Shown: in pieces, positions 49,476 to 60,734 of the stretch
Position numbering within the stretch: the first letter of the stretch is position 1
Layout: each line of letters opens with the position of its first letter
Virus record (IMG/VR): IMGVR_UViG_3300028048_000047
Span: 32,001 to 96,000 of that record
Direction: 5' to 3' (one strand)
Length of the DNA stretch: 64,000 nt
From: a virus
Taxonomy: Duplodnaviria; Caudoviricetes
Position numbers and translations under genes: made by a program
Notes under the pieces: generated by a model
What the model was told of the DNA's origin: nothing
The model's database searches: none
What the model saw: the letters and a program-made list of their open reading frames with translations, nothing else

Positions 49476-50183
49476 ATGACAATAGAAGAAACATTAATTG
49501 AAATGGAAAAAAATGAAGCAGATGTTAAAATGAACATATTTCAAAAATTAACATATATTCAAAATGATTTGTTGGAAATAAATATTCCTAAAAATGGTAG
49601 AAATAAATTTGGTGGATTTTCATATTATGAATTAGATGATTTATTACCTCCAATTTTGAAATTATGCAAAGAATACGGATGTACATTATATTTCAATTTT
49701 CCTTTATCTAATGAAGGCGAATGTAAAAAAGGAGTGTTAAATTTAATTAATTGGGAAGACAAAGAAGATTGCATAAGAGTAGAAGTTCCATTTCCAAAAT
49801 TAGAAAAGTTACCGAAGATGAACTTTGCACAAAGTTCTGGCACTTATCAGACTTATATGAAAAGATATTTAATATTACATACATTTGATATTGTTGAAGG
49901 AGAAGTCATTGACTCAGGATTTTTAGAAAATTCAACTCAAAACCACAATGGAAACACACGAACTACTCCTAAAAAATCATCAAATGAAAATAAAAAGGAT
50001 AATGACATTAATGAACCTGCGTGTTTATCAAAAGTAATATCAAAATGCCATGAATTACATGGGGAAAAAGAATGTGATGGTAAATTGTTAAATAAAGTTT
50101 CATTACAAATGTTTAACAAAAAAGAATTAACATTAGATGAACGAAAAGAAATATTTAATTATGTTAAAACATTAAAAAAATAA
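49476..50183 (+). CDS. ERF-family single-strand annealing protein
   Basis: IFQKL..IQ, K.G.NKF.GF.YYEL.D.LP, Q..G...TY.KRY. Confidence 0.8.
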   Translation: MTIEETLIEMEKNEADVKMNIFQKLTYIQNDLLEINIPKNGRNKFGGFSYYELDDLLPPILKLCKEYGCTLYFNFPLSNEGECKKGVLNLINWEDKEDCIRVEVPFPKLEKLPKMNFAQSSGTYQTYMKRYLILHTFDIVEGEVIDSGFLENSTQNHNGNTRTTPKKSSNENKKDNDINEPACLSKVISKCHELHGEKECDGKLLNKVSLQMFNKKELTLDERKEIFNYVKTLKK

Positions 50184-50218
50184 ATTAAGAAAAAAGAAAA
50201 AATAATGGTGAATTAATA

Positions 50219-50635
50219 ATGGGTAAAATAAAAACTACTGTATTTGTCGATGAAGATTTATGGTTACTTGCAAAAGACAAATTGGATATGAGTAGAGGAG
50301 ATTTTATTGATTATGCTTTAACAATATATCTTATGGAAGATAGTGAAATTTCAAGATTAATGAAAAAAGGGGCTAAATTACAGTCTGAATTAAATCAATT
50401 AATCGGAAGAATACAATCATTAGAACAAAAAAATAAAGGTATTGATAAAGATAAAATTTATTCTGAATTAATGCCCACAGTTTATAGGATACATGATGCT
50501 TTGGGGTACATTGGCAAAAATCAATTAAGAAAGATAGCAACTCAAAATGAATTAAATCCAACTGGGTTCATTAAATTTGTTGAAAACCAAGAAAACATCG
50601 AAGTTAAAAAATATGGAGCATTACCCAAATATTAA
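50219..50635 (+). CDS. RHH-like DNA-binding protein
   Basis: KTTVFVDE.LW..AK......R.DFI. Confidence 0.5.
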   Translation: MGKIKTTVFVDEDLWLLAKDKLDMSRGDFIDYALTIYLMEDSEISRLMKKGAKLQSELNQLIGRIQSLEQKNKGIDKDKIYSELMPTVYRIHDALGYIGKNQLRKIATQNELNPTGFIKFVENQENIEVKKYGALPKY

Positions 50636-50679
50636 TTCAAATCAACAATTTTTTTGAAAACAAATGAGGTAACATTATA

Positions 50680-51369
50680 ATGAATTCCAAAAAAGAAGAA
50701 TTTAAAAAATTATTTTACAGTAATTTAACTGAATTTGAAATAAAACAAAAATTAAATTTGAATTATAAAGAATATAGGGGTTTATTAAATGATGTTAAAA
50801 AAGAATTAGGTTTACCTTTAAGTTACCGAAGAACTCCAAAAAATTATGGGAGTTACACGAAAGATTCATATTATATTTTAAAAAGAAAAAATGATGAATT
50901 TGAAATAATTTCATATTGTCCTACAAAACAATCTGCTGAACATAAATTAAATAAAGAGATGAATTTAAATGATGATTGTATTTATGAAATCAAACAAGCA
51001 AATGATGAAAATTTAATGGAATTGATATATGAGGAGTATTGTATTAAAAAGAATAATTGGGAAGGGATTATACAAAAATGTAAGTTACCTTATCATAAAT
51101 TTTATTATTTGTTAAGTATTATCAAGCAGAATCTTCAAATTACTCATTTAAATACTTATCGTGATAAAAGATTTATATATAAATATCGTCCAACAAAGAA
51201 ATTTGTAGTGAAAAAATATGTTAATGGTAAATATGTTCATTTTGGATACTATGATAATGAGGATACTGCAATTCATGTTCGTAATTACTTAGAAAGTATT
51301 AATTGGAATTTTAGTTTATGGGAGAATAATAAATCAAAAGTAGTGGGTGAAATTTTAAATGAGCAGTAG
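50680..51369 (+). CDS. AP2-like DNA-binding domain protein
   Basis: F.V.K..NGK..HFGYY....A..VRN.L...W. Confidence 0.55.
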   Translation: MNSKKEEFKKLFYSNLTEFEIKQKLNLNYKEYRGLLNDVKKELGLPLSYRRTPKNYGSYTKDSYYILKRKNDEFEIISYCPTKQSAEHKLNKEMNLNDDCIYEIKQANDENLMELIYEEYCIKKNNWEGIIQKCKLPYHKFYYLLSIIKQNLQITHLNTYRDKRFIYKYRPTKKFVVKKYVNGKYVHFGYYDNEDTAIHVRNYLESINWNFSLWENNKSKVVGEILNEQ

Positions 51370-51751
51370 TGTTGATGAAGTACTTAATTGGTCTGATAAT
51401 GACTTTAAGAAAACAATAAATTTTAATAAATTTATTAGTAATAACCGTAGTGAAATGAAGTCCAATGTTCGTGTTAAGACTTGTGCATATTGTGGTGAGA
51501 AATTTGCAATATTTGTTAAAAAGGGAAGACCTGCTGAATATTGTTGTGATGATTGCCGTGAAAATGCAATATTAGAACAATCAAAAATTAAATCACATAG
51601 ATGGTATCATAAGAATAAACATAGATTAAGTGAAAAAAGTAGATGGGGTCTTGGGAGTGGTACTCTTGGACAACATAGACATAAAGATTTTAGTAAGGAG
51701 CAAAAGACAATTAAAAATGAATTGACACGATTGAAGCTGAAAAGGAAGTAG
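51359..51751 (+). CDS. Zn-finger protein
   Basis: CAYCG..F......YCCDDCR. Confidence 0.6.
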   Translation: MSSSVDEVLNWSDNDFKKTINFNKFISNNRSEMKSNVRVKTCAYCGEKFAIFVKKGRPAEYCCDDCRENAILEQSKIKSHRWYHKNKHRLSEKSRWGLGSGTLGQHRHKDFSKEQKTIKNELTRLKLKRK

Positions 51752-51755
51752 TAAT

Positions 51756-52454
51756 ATGTTTGATATAGATAAAGAGTCTTTGTTGGAATTAAATCATGCT
51801 ATGCAGAAGACAATACTTAATATGGATTATGATAATCCTGTGGAAGTTAGTGCTTTTGCAGGTACTATGATTAGTATAGGTAATCAAATAAATATGCAGT
51901 TGATGAAAAATACAATTAAAGATGGAAAAAGTGATGTACAATCAATGAAAAATATAATTTTTAAAGATGATGAGGAATGAGTAAATATGGTTGAAATAAT
52001 TATTAATGAAACAAAGAATAGTAATGATGAAGTGAATAATCAGATAATTGAATTAATTAATTTGTTGTATCAAGATAATCAACAAACTAAAAATTTATTG
52101 ATTGAATTGAAAGACCTTATTAAAGTGATTCATGATAATCAAGTTGTTAATGCTTCAAAAAATAAAGATGCGTTGATAGATGCGTTAGGTGGTTTAGATA
52201 TTGTTAATGAGGATAAGGAGTAGATTATTATGGTTACTCCATTAAATAAAGATTTACAGAATCTTCGTGTGAGCTTAGAACATTATAAAAATATTTTGAA
52301 AAATGATGAATTGCTTAAAAAAGAAGGTAATCCTGATAATAAATTATTGTTGAGTGATGATGATATTAATAAGATTAATTTAAAGATTGAGGCTATTTCT
52401 GAGAAGATTATAGAGCTTTTGGATAATGATAATGGGTATGTATTAGATGGGTAG
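51756..52454 (+). CDS. Three small hypothetical proteins (51756-51980, 51987-52223, 52230-52454)
   Basis: Packed ORFs with RBSs. Confidence 0.55.
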
Positions 52455-52504
52455 TTTTTGGTTTTTTGTATTTTATTATATTTTTTATCAATATCTGAAA
52501 AATA

Positions 52505-52532
52505 AAAACATTTATATATGATTATAGATATA
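52505..52532 (+). promoter_or_regulatory. BRE/TATA promoter
   Basis: AAAACATTTATATATGATTATAG. Confidence 0.7.
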
Positions 52533-52697
52533 CTATATATAATCATAATATAGGAGTTGAATAAAAAATGAGAATAGATGAGAGATACCTTATAAAAGTA
52601 GCAGATTATCAACCAATACAAATATATAAAAAACCAAAACTAAAAAGACCAAAACCAAAAATAGATATAATATCAATTGATACAGGGAGTGTTTTTG

Positions 52698-53108
52698 ATG
52701 AGTATTAACTTCAATATAATTGAAGGAGAGCAAGATAATATAAATTATGATAAATTTAAAAATGACTTTTTAAATCCAAACATGACAATAAATGATTTAA
52801 TCAAAAAATACCATATAAGCAAAAATAAATATAGTAAATTACGAGCAAAAATTTGTGATGAAACAGGTTTAAAATCAAAACCTTCAATTAAGAATAATAA
52901 AAGACTACTTTCCACAGATACAGATTATATACATAAACATAGAGGAAAATTTGCAATAATAAAATCTTTCAATAAAAAAAGATATTATTATGGTACATAT
53001 GATAATCTTGAAGTAGCTAAAAAAATTAGGGATAAATTAGTTGAATACTCATGGGATAAAACACAATTAAATGCAATTAAAGAAGAAATATACAGAATGG
53101 GGAACTGA
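52698..53108 (+). CDS. AP2-like DNA-binding protein (preceded by a 46-aa ORF, 52568-52708)
   Basis: YIH...KF.IIK....R.YYGTY...E.A...RD.L...W. Confidence 0.55.
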   Translation: MSINFNIIEGEQDNINYDKFKNDFLNPNMTINDLIKKYHISKNKYSKLRAKICDETGLKSKPSIKNNKRLLSTDTDYIHKHRGKFAIIKSFNKKRYYYGTYDNLEVAKKIRDKLVEYSWDKTQLNAIKEEIYRMGN

Positions 53109-53233
53109 ATACAATACAAACTGATGCTTTTTTAAATTTAAAAATTGTATCATCAGTTAATAAAATTTTAAATATATAGATGGGAATATATATTTTTAGT
53201 GAAATTGAATTATGTAAAAGAAGGTGAGTAATT

Positions 53234-53959
53234 TTGAATAGTATTGAGTCCGTTTGGAAAAAATTGTTAAAAAAATGTATGGAAAAAGGAGTATGGCATA
53301 CAAAAGATGATGGTGATGAAATATTAGAAATTATGAATAATCATTGTTTTATTCCTAATGTCATGGAGAAATTATATTGTGGGGGAAGTGGTATTTCTAC
53401 TTCAATGTTTGTTGATATGATTGGACAAGGAATATTTAATATTGATGGGTATCCTATTAAAGATACTGCACTTCAAAGTTATGTTAAGGAATTAGATGAT
53501 GATTCACATATTTATCTTGAAGGAGAGGATTCATTTGTTTATACTTATCCTGAGCGTTTGTTGAATGTTTGTCAAGTCAATAGATTTGGGGAGGTTGTTA
53601 ATGAAAATCAAATTAAAGTTATGATAGATAGGTTGTTGGATTTCGATGGAAGTAATCGTGCTGTTGCTAATTTATATATGTGTGGTTTTGATAAAGAGGA
53701 ACAACATATTCCTTGTTTGAATTTTGTTCAAGCATTGATTCGTGATAATGAGTTGAGTTTACATATTATGTTCCGTAGTAATGATTTGTTTAGTGCTTTT
53801 CCTTCAAATATGTTATTTATCCAGTATCTTGGGTTTAAAATTAATGATAGATTAAAACAGAAGTATCCTTTGTTGAAGTTTAGAGGGGTTTATTATAATT
53901 CCACAAGTTTACATATATACAAAGGAGATTATGAACAAGTAAAGAAATTATTGGGGTAA
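53234..53959 (+). CDS. thyA: Thymidylate synthase (ThyA family, archaeal-type)
   Basis: YTY.ERL, SNRA, IPCL, FRSND...AFPSN, SLHIY. Confidence 0.85.
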   Translation: MNSIESVWKKLLKKCMEKGVWHTKDDGDEILEIMNNHCFIPNVMEKLYCGGSGISTSMFVDMIGQGIFNIDGYPIKDTALQSYVKELDDDSHIYLEGEDSFVYTYPERLLNVCQVNRFGEVVNENQIKVMIDRLLDFDGSNRAVANLYMCGFDKEEQHIPCLNFVQALIRDNELSLHIMFRSNDLFSAFPSNMLFIQYLGFKINDRLKQKYPLLKFRGVYYNSTSLHIYKGDYEQVKKLLG

Positions 53960-54004
53960 TATGTAAAATTTTTATTTTGAAAGTATTATTATCCATATAA
54001 AAAT

Positions 54005-54022
54005 CAAAACATTTATATAGTA
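54005..54022 (+). promoter_or_regulatory. BRE/TATA promoter
   Basis: CAAAACATTTATATAGTA. Confidence 0.7.
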
Positions 54023-54098
54023 TGAATTAAATAGTATTATACACAATATAAATATTACTAAAAAAACAAAAATAGGAAGTGAGAAAGAGGACAAGAAT

Positions 54099-56321
54099 AT
54101 GAGATTTAAACTAATAAAAAATAAAATCATAGATACTTTACAAGAATATGATGAAATACATTTAAACAACATAGATAACACAAAAATAGTGGAAATTCTA
54201 AATAAATTAGATAAAAAAAATGAATATCAAACAAGAGTAATTAATAAATGTATTTCTATTCATAAAAAATATGAATATGATTTTAAACAAAAAACAGAAA
54301 ATATTAAAAATCTAAATCAAGAAAAACAAATTTTAAAAAAAATAATTAAAGAATTAAATGATAACCAAAGGAAGTGAAAGAACATGAATATATTTAACAG
54401 AAAATCAAAACAAAACGAAGAAATAGAAAATTTAAACAATAATTTAAATCAGATAAAAAATGATTTAGAGGAAACACAAAAAAAGGTACATAATAATAGA
54501 TTAAAATTAGACAGTACCGAAAACAGTTTAAATAAATCAAATACAGAAATAATTGAATTAAAATTACAATTAAACGAACAAAAAGAATATTATAAAAGCG
54601 TATTTGAAAAATATGAATCTCAATTTTTAAAGTTGAATAAAAAAATGGATATTCTAACAAAAATGATAAAAGTAGTAACTGATGATTATACATCACCAAA
54701 AAAAGAGGAGAATAAAGTAAAACAAACACAAAAAAAGAACATTACAGAAACATCAAAAAAACATTTATATAATATTAGAGGTGAAACACCTACAAAATTA
54801 TATGTGCAACCATTGGAAATTATAGGAAGAAATCAAATAAAAAACAAATCAAGAATTTTAAAATTCACAATAGATGATGTGATTTCAATAAAAGAAAATC
54901 TTAAATATTTCCATGAAAAAAAATATACCATTACGAAAATTGGAGAATTATATTCTATTAATAAAGACACTATTGCAAGATTAATATATAACATAGAAGA
55001 AGGTGTATTTGATGAAGTAATAGAGAAGTACACATCCATTAATCAAAAACATGGCATTAAAAATTCCTCTTCTCATTTTCGGGAGATACCACCATCTTTA
55101 AGAAGCCGTTTAAAAGGTAACTTCATAATAGTTAATGGAGGAGAATTACTCAATCAAACAACAGGTAGAAAAACAAAATATACCATACAAGACATAATTG
55201 AAATACAAAAAATGATTCCTGATTTTAAAAAGTATCCTACTATTGAAGATATGGAGGAATGTTTGGATATGAGTATTCAATCATTAAAAACATTAATTTG
55301 GAGAATAGAAGAAGGATATTTTGATGAATTGATTAATGAATACTTATCAAGAAAATACACTTATGAAAATGATGTTAATAGATTATTTATTGATAATAAA
55401 AATACTGGTTTAACTATTGATAATTGTATTTCCATAATAGAATGTATTATGAATTCATCTGATAAAAGGGAAGTTGTTAATAATTTAATAAGAATGTATC
55501 CTAATGTTGATTCAAAATATATCCGTATAATTGCTGATGAGTATAATAATCCTAATTTAAATAGAATACTAAAAAAAGAAGTTAAAAAAATTGAAAAGAT
55601 AGATAATCCTCAAAAAAGAAGAGAATTAGGAGTATATTTATGATTGATAGGAATACCCCAAATAAAAATATAGCAATGAATATTCATGGTTTATTTCAAG
55701 ATTATAAACTTATGAAATTAAATCTTCATTCACAAATCATAACCTATCTTGATAAAACATTAGGAAAGAACATAATTACAGACATTGGAGGAATGAATGT
55801 TTTCTGTGATTATAATGAAAAGACAAACTCTTTAAGTGTACAAATCAAATTAAAAGAATTTTTGGAAGATGACCAAGTCAGAAGTTTTTGTGATGAATTT
55901 GATTTAAAACTAAAAGATATTTATGTTATCTATGATAATTTTAAAATATTGGAACTACCTTCGGATACTAATTTAAATGATTATAAGTATGCTTGGATTA
56001 AATATAATTTCATCAGAAAACAATTTCTCAAAAATTTGTATATATGAAGGAGGTGTATGAAATTTGGATTTAATTGTAGAAAACAAGGTAAAAATAAGTG
56101 AACTGTATAGAATATTCTTTGATGGATTAGATACAAATAATAAGATATATTATTTAAGGTTTAATTATACTGATGGGGGGTTTCAAAAAATTACATTAAA
56201 CAACATACATAAAATTATATTTTATAATTATTCAATGATAATCTTCTCAGAAGAAGATGATAGATATTTATTTGAATATGATAAAATGGATAATGTTGAA
56301 ATACTTTGTATGGGTGAGTAA
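54099..56321 (+). CDS. Hypothetical genes 54099-54377, 54384-55643 (coiled coil plus internally duplicated HTH-like domain), 55640-56047, 56064-56321
   Basis: TI.D...I......LI..IEEG.FDE.I..Y occurs twice in 54384-55643. Confidence 0.55.
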
Positions 56322-56394
56322 TTGTGAACTTAAAAGAATTAAGAATAATTAAATAATAATATTAACAAATAAATAATTAATAGGAAGTATAATT

Positions 56395-56904
56395 ATGACT
56401 ATTTTATCTGATAAAGATATTAAGAAATATTTAGATAAAGGGAAGATTGAAATAAATCCAATTAATATTAAAAGTATTCAACCTGCGAGTGTAGATTTAC
56501 ATTTAAATTGGGATTTGAAGGATATTGATGGTAATGTATATGATATTAATAAAAATGAATATCTTTTAATTCCCAATGAGTTTATTTTGGGAAGTACTTT
56601 GGAAGAGGTGAAAATCCCTAATGATTTAGTTGGAATTATTGAGGGAAGGAGTAGTGTTGGTAGATTAGGAATAACTGCACATATTACAGCAGGTTATATT
56701 GACCCTGGTTTTAATGGGAGAATTACATTAGAAATAACTAATGTTAGTACAAAACCATTTATTCTAAAAAAAGGAATGAGTATTTGTCAAATAGTATTTC
56801 AAGAGTTGTCATGTGAATGTGAAAATCCTTATGGTAGTGACGGTTTGAATTCAAAATATCAGAATAGTAAAGGTACAGTAACATCAAAATATGAGGAGTT
56901 ATGA
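56395..56904 (+). CDS. dcd: dCTP deaminase
   Basis: ILSD.DI, IQPASVDL, GRSS.GRLG, AGYIDPGF.G.ITLE, KYQ. Confidence 0.92.
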   Translation: MTILSDKDIKKYLDKGKIEINPINIKSIQPASVDLHLNWDLKDIDGNVYDINKNEYLLIPNEFILGSTLEEVKIPNDLVGIIEGRSSVGRLGITAHITAGYIDPGFNGRITLEITNVSTKPFILKKGMSICQIVFQELSCECENPYGSDGLNSKYQNSKGTVTSKYEEL

Positions 56905-56954
56905 TAAAGTGAAAGAGTTATGTTATGATAAAGTGAAAGAGTTATGTTATGATA
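56898..56954 (+). repeat. 24-bp tandem duplication (about 2.4 copies) at the start of ORF 56891-57094
   Basis: GTTATGATAAAGTGAAAGAGTTAT x2; encodes YDKVKELC x2. Confidence 0.85.
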
Positions 56955-57123
56955 TAGTCATAAAAATAGGTGTTGTTGATGAAGATGAAGATAAAGCATT
57001 AAGCCAGTATGACCATATATTATCTTTTATTGAAGAGAATTTACCTTATGGTAATTATACAGTTGAAATTGTAGAAGTGGGAGAATATATGTGATATTAA
57101 TATATTAAAATGAGGGTGTTAAT

Positions 57124-60100
57124 ATGTCAAAAATTAAAGAATTGGGATTATCATGTTATAATGCACATATAATGGGTGATAAAGAAGGAAGAAATTATAA
57201 ATTAGTTGAACTACAAGTCTTAATTCGTAAAAAATTAGGACATAGATATATTTTATATGATATTAATAATACTGAAACAAGAATTAATGATGATGGACGA
57301 TTAGTTTTTCCAAGCATAACTTTTCGTATAAAGAAAAATAAGAACGATTCAATATTATCCATTTGTGAGGAAATGATGAATTTATTTGAAATTAATAGTT
57401 TTCCTCCTATTATACTTTGGTATGATACTGAATTTGAAGTTGTTTTGGATATTTCGGAGTACTGGAAAAATATGATATGTGAAGGAGTATCAACAAAAAC
57501 AATATCACCTGATTTGATTCAATTATTTACAAAATTGGAATATGATGAAAGACATAAATTATGTAAAGAAGCAGAAGATTTAATTTTTTTATTTGATAGT
57601 TATGATATATTAGTTAATAATATTGTTCCTGAAACAGAAAAACAAGAAAGTGCTAAAAAAGACTTATTGAGTTTTGCTAAAAAAAAGAGGGAATGGTATG
57701 AGAATTTCTGTAAATATTTAGTTCCATATGATGATTTGAGTTATGATGAGAAGCAACCACTTATTGATTCTGCACTTATAAGGATGAATGAGTATATTAA
57801 TTGGCATTTTGCAGAGATAGTGTGCAAATTTTAAATCATTCACGGTTTTATTAAGAAAATAATGGTTAAAATAGATGGGAAGGATAATTATGGAAAAATA
57901 TGTACAGTTGAGTAATGGAGTATTTTTAAGTGATAGATTTGTGGGAGGTTATGACCCTAAGGTCTGTGATTTTTATGTTGAAGATAACTATGTGAATCAT
58001 AGGTATTTTAGAGAGTCTGATGAGTATCATATGGCGTTAATCACATTATTGAATGATAGACAGGGTTATATTAATTTTATTATTGATTTTATTAAAAAGA
58101 AAATGGAATGTTGTGAAAATGATGAATATTGTAGAAAAATATTTCGTAATTTGTTGAATGAAATAGAATCTCCGTAAAGTTTATATAATTTTATAGAGTA
58201 TATTAAAGTATAAGGTGCAAATAAAATGAAAATAAAAGAATTAATTAATGAACTAAAAGAGTACAACCAAGAAGCAGACATAACTTTAACAACATCAGAA
58301 ACAATAACATTATCATTTATATCCGATGAAAATGGAACAAAAAAAGATACTAAACAAGTATTCATAGAAGGATGTGATTTTGATGGAAGACTCAACAATG
58401 AAGAATATGTATGAACTTATGGGTAATCTATTCCGAGCAATATCTGACATTAAGTACTATTTGGAGTACATTCCACAAGAATATTATGGTGATATTGAAA
58501 ATATATCAAAAGAGATATTTTCATTTAGGAATAAATGTATTGAAAATTTGAACACCCCATTAATTGCATTAAAAGCATATACTGAGAATAAATGTAGTTG
58601 GGAGCGAGCAGGAGAAATATGTGATTTACATATATTTGGATTAAGAGATTTTTGTAATAAAAAAGGAGTTGATTGGAATAATTTAAGGATAGATGAGTAT
58701 TATGGATTAGAAGGTGAAGAGGGGATTAATGAAATAAAAAAAAATTGGAAATTATTAGACCCTAACCATGATTTTGAACCAATAAAATATAATGGTGATT
58801 CAGTATATACTCAATATCCTATTCTTCAAGATAAATCTAAAAATGAGTTAAATTCCAATGAACTTAATAGTAAGTATTTTAAGTATAAATCAAAAATGTT
58901 AATCATAGAGTACTCTAAAAAATTCTATGAAACATTGGAATCTTTGTCAAATAATCCATTATCAGAATCACAAGTTAATACTTATAAAAAAGATAAGTTT
59001 TTATTAAAATTAATTGATGGTATTGAAGCAGAAAATATAAAAAATATACAATTATTAGAAAATACACTTGATTTATGTTATGAATTATTGAATAAAAGTA
59101 AAGAAACAAAAAATGTAAAATATTTATCTAAATCTCTTGAACAATTAAAAAAAGTTATTGTTGATGAATATTATTATTACTCTGTGAAGTGAATATTTAT
59201 GAAGGATAGATTTAAATGGGTTGTGAAAAAAACAAGAAAAGGAACATTTTATTTTGTTCAAGACATTGAAACTGATGAAATATTACATTGTGAAGATATA
59301 ATAAACTTATTGAATAAATTGTGTCATGATTTAAATTATCTTCATTTACGATTTTTAAATAAAGAGTTTAATACTAAAATAACGGATATGAAGGTAACTG
59401 AAAGATATAGATATGATGAAAATTTCCCATATCATATTAAGGACACAAAAAATGAATATGGACAGTATTCTCGTTTGATTGATATTAAAAATGCTTGTGC
59501 AATTATGAATGATTATGAGAATATGTTAAGATATAGGGAAGAAGAAATCAATAAATTGAATAATAAAATTCAAGAATTAAAAAATGTTGAAAAAAAGGGA
59601 ATAGATGGGAAATGTTAAATTCAAAAAGAATAAAATCCTTTTTTGAAAGTAATCCTAATGGTTTTATAGAATTAGTACAATGTGATGGTAATAATTTCAG
59701 ATTATATAATGATATTACTTATTCATTAGATGAAACAAGTATTACTTTTGTGAATATTACTTATACTTTTAAAAAATATGGGAATAGTTATATTAAACAA
59801 GGTACTTTTGTATTACCTTTTAGGAGTATTGTTCGTGTAGAATATATTAAAAAACGATATGAATAGATGGAGTTGATAGTTTGACTTATAATCCTTATGA
59901 AGCAGAATTATATAGATTAACTCGAAATAAAGCAAGACTTCGTGTTTTGATAGATAGTACACGAAATATTAAAAAAAGAGAGATATATCGTAAAAAACAT
60001 GAAGAAACTTCAAGACAGTTAGAAGAACATTTAAAATGGATAAATATATACAGTTGATTATATATGAATGTGAAAAAATTAAAAAAAGAATTAGAGCAAT

Positions 60101-60363
60101 GTGATGGTGAATCAGAAATAATTATTTTTGTTAAATCAGAAAATAATGTATATAGACCTTTTAAAAATATTGAAATGAATATATTCAATAAAGATAGTTT
60201 TAACGAGAGCATACATTTAGATGTGAGTATATATAAAGAATACAAGAATATTCATTTCCCAAATAACTTGAAAAAAGAGGATGTTGAATTGTTAGTTGAA
60301 AAAAGAGATATGTTATTAGAAGAATTAAAAGAAATAGAAGAAGAATTAGGAGAATTTAAATGA
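57124..60363 (+). CDS. Run of hypothetical genes (57124-57834, 57875-58177, 58226-58414, 58398-59192, 59199-59618, 59612-59866, 59881-60057, 60064-60363)
   Basis: Packed + strand ORFs; TATA at 58174-58196. Confidence 0.55.
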
Positions 60364-60725
60364 ATAATCCATCATATTATAATAGAAATGGTTTAAGTCC
60401 CATAAAAGCATTTGAAAAAGGATTATTGAGTAATGAAGAGTATATAGGATTTTGTAAAGGAAATATTATCAAATATACAATCCGTGCAGGTGAAAAGGAG
60501 GACGATAGTACAATGGATATTATCAAAGCAGTGGATTATTTACATTATCTTAATCAAGCATTAAAAATAAAAAAAGAAACACAAAACAAAAATACACAAA
60601 ACAAAAATACACCTATTGATATAACATTAGATTGTGATGATGATTATGATACTATATTAAATCATTTAGAAGAAAAAGTAAGTAAACTTAAAAAAGAATG
60701 GGAACTAAAAAAAGGAAAGAAATGA
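60360..60725 (+). CDS. DUF3310-family protein
   Basis: NNPSYY, GFCKGNIIKY..RAG.K....DI.KA..YL. Confidence 0.8.
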   Translation: MNNPSYYNRNGLSPIKAFEKGLLSNEEYIGFCKGNIIKYTIRAGEKEDDSTMDIIKAVDYLHYLNQALKIKKETQNKNTQNKNTPIDITLDCDDDYDTILNHLEEKVSKLKKEWELKKGKK

Positions 60726-60734
60726 GGTATATGT

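Noticed and set aside
53234-53959. dCMP hydroxymethylase (pyrimidine hypermodification)
   Set aside because: Retains the dUMP-specifying Asn (AFPSN) and has no linked glycosyltransferase or kinase; ordinary ThyA is simpler, though a dUMP hydroxymethylase cannot be fully excluded.
56898-56954. 24-bp repeat as a mini-CRISPR
   Set aside because: Head-to-tail duplication without spacers, in frame within a CDS.
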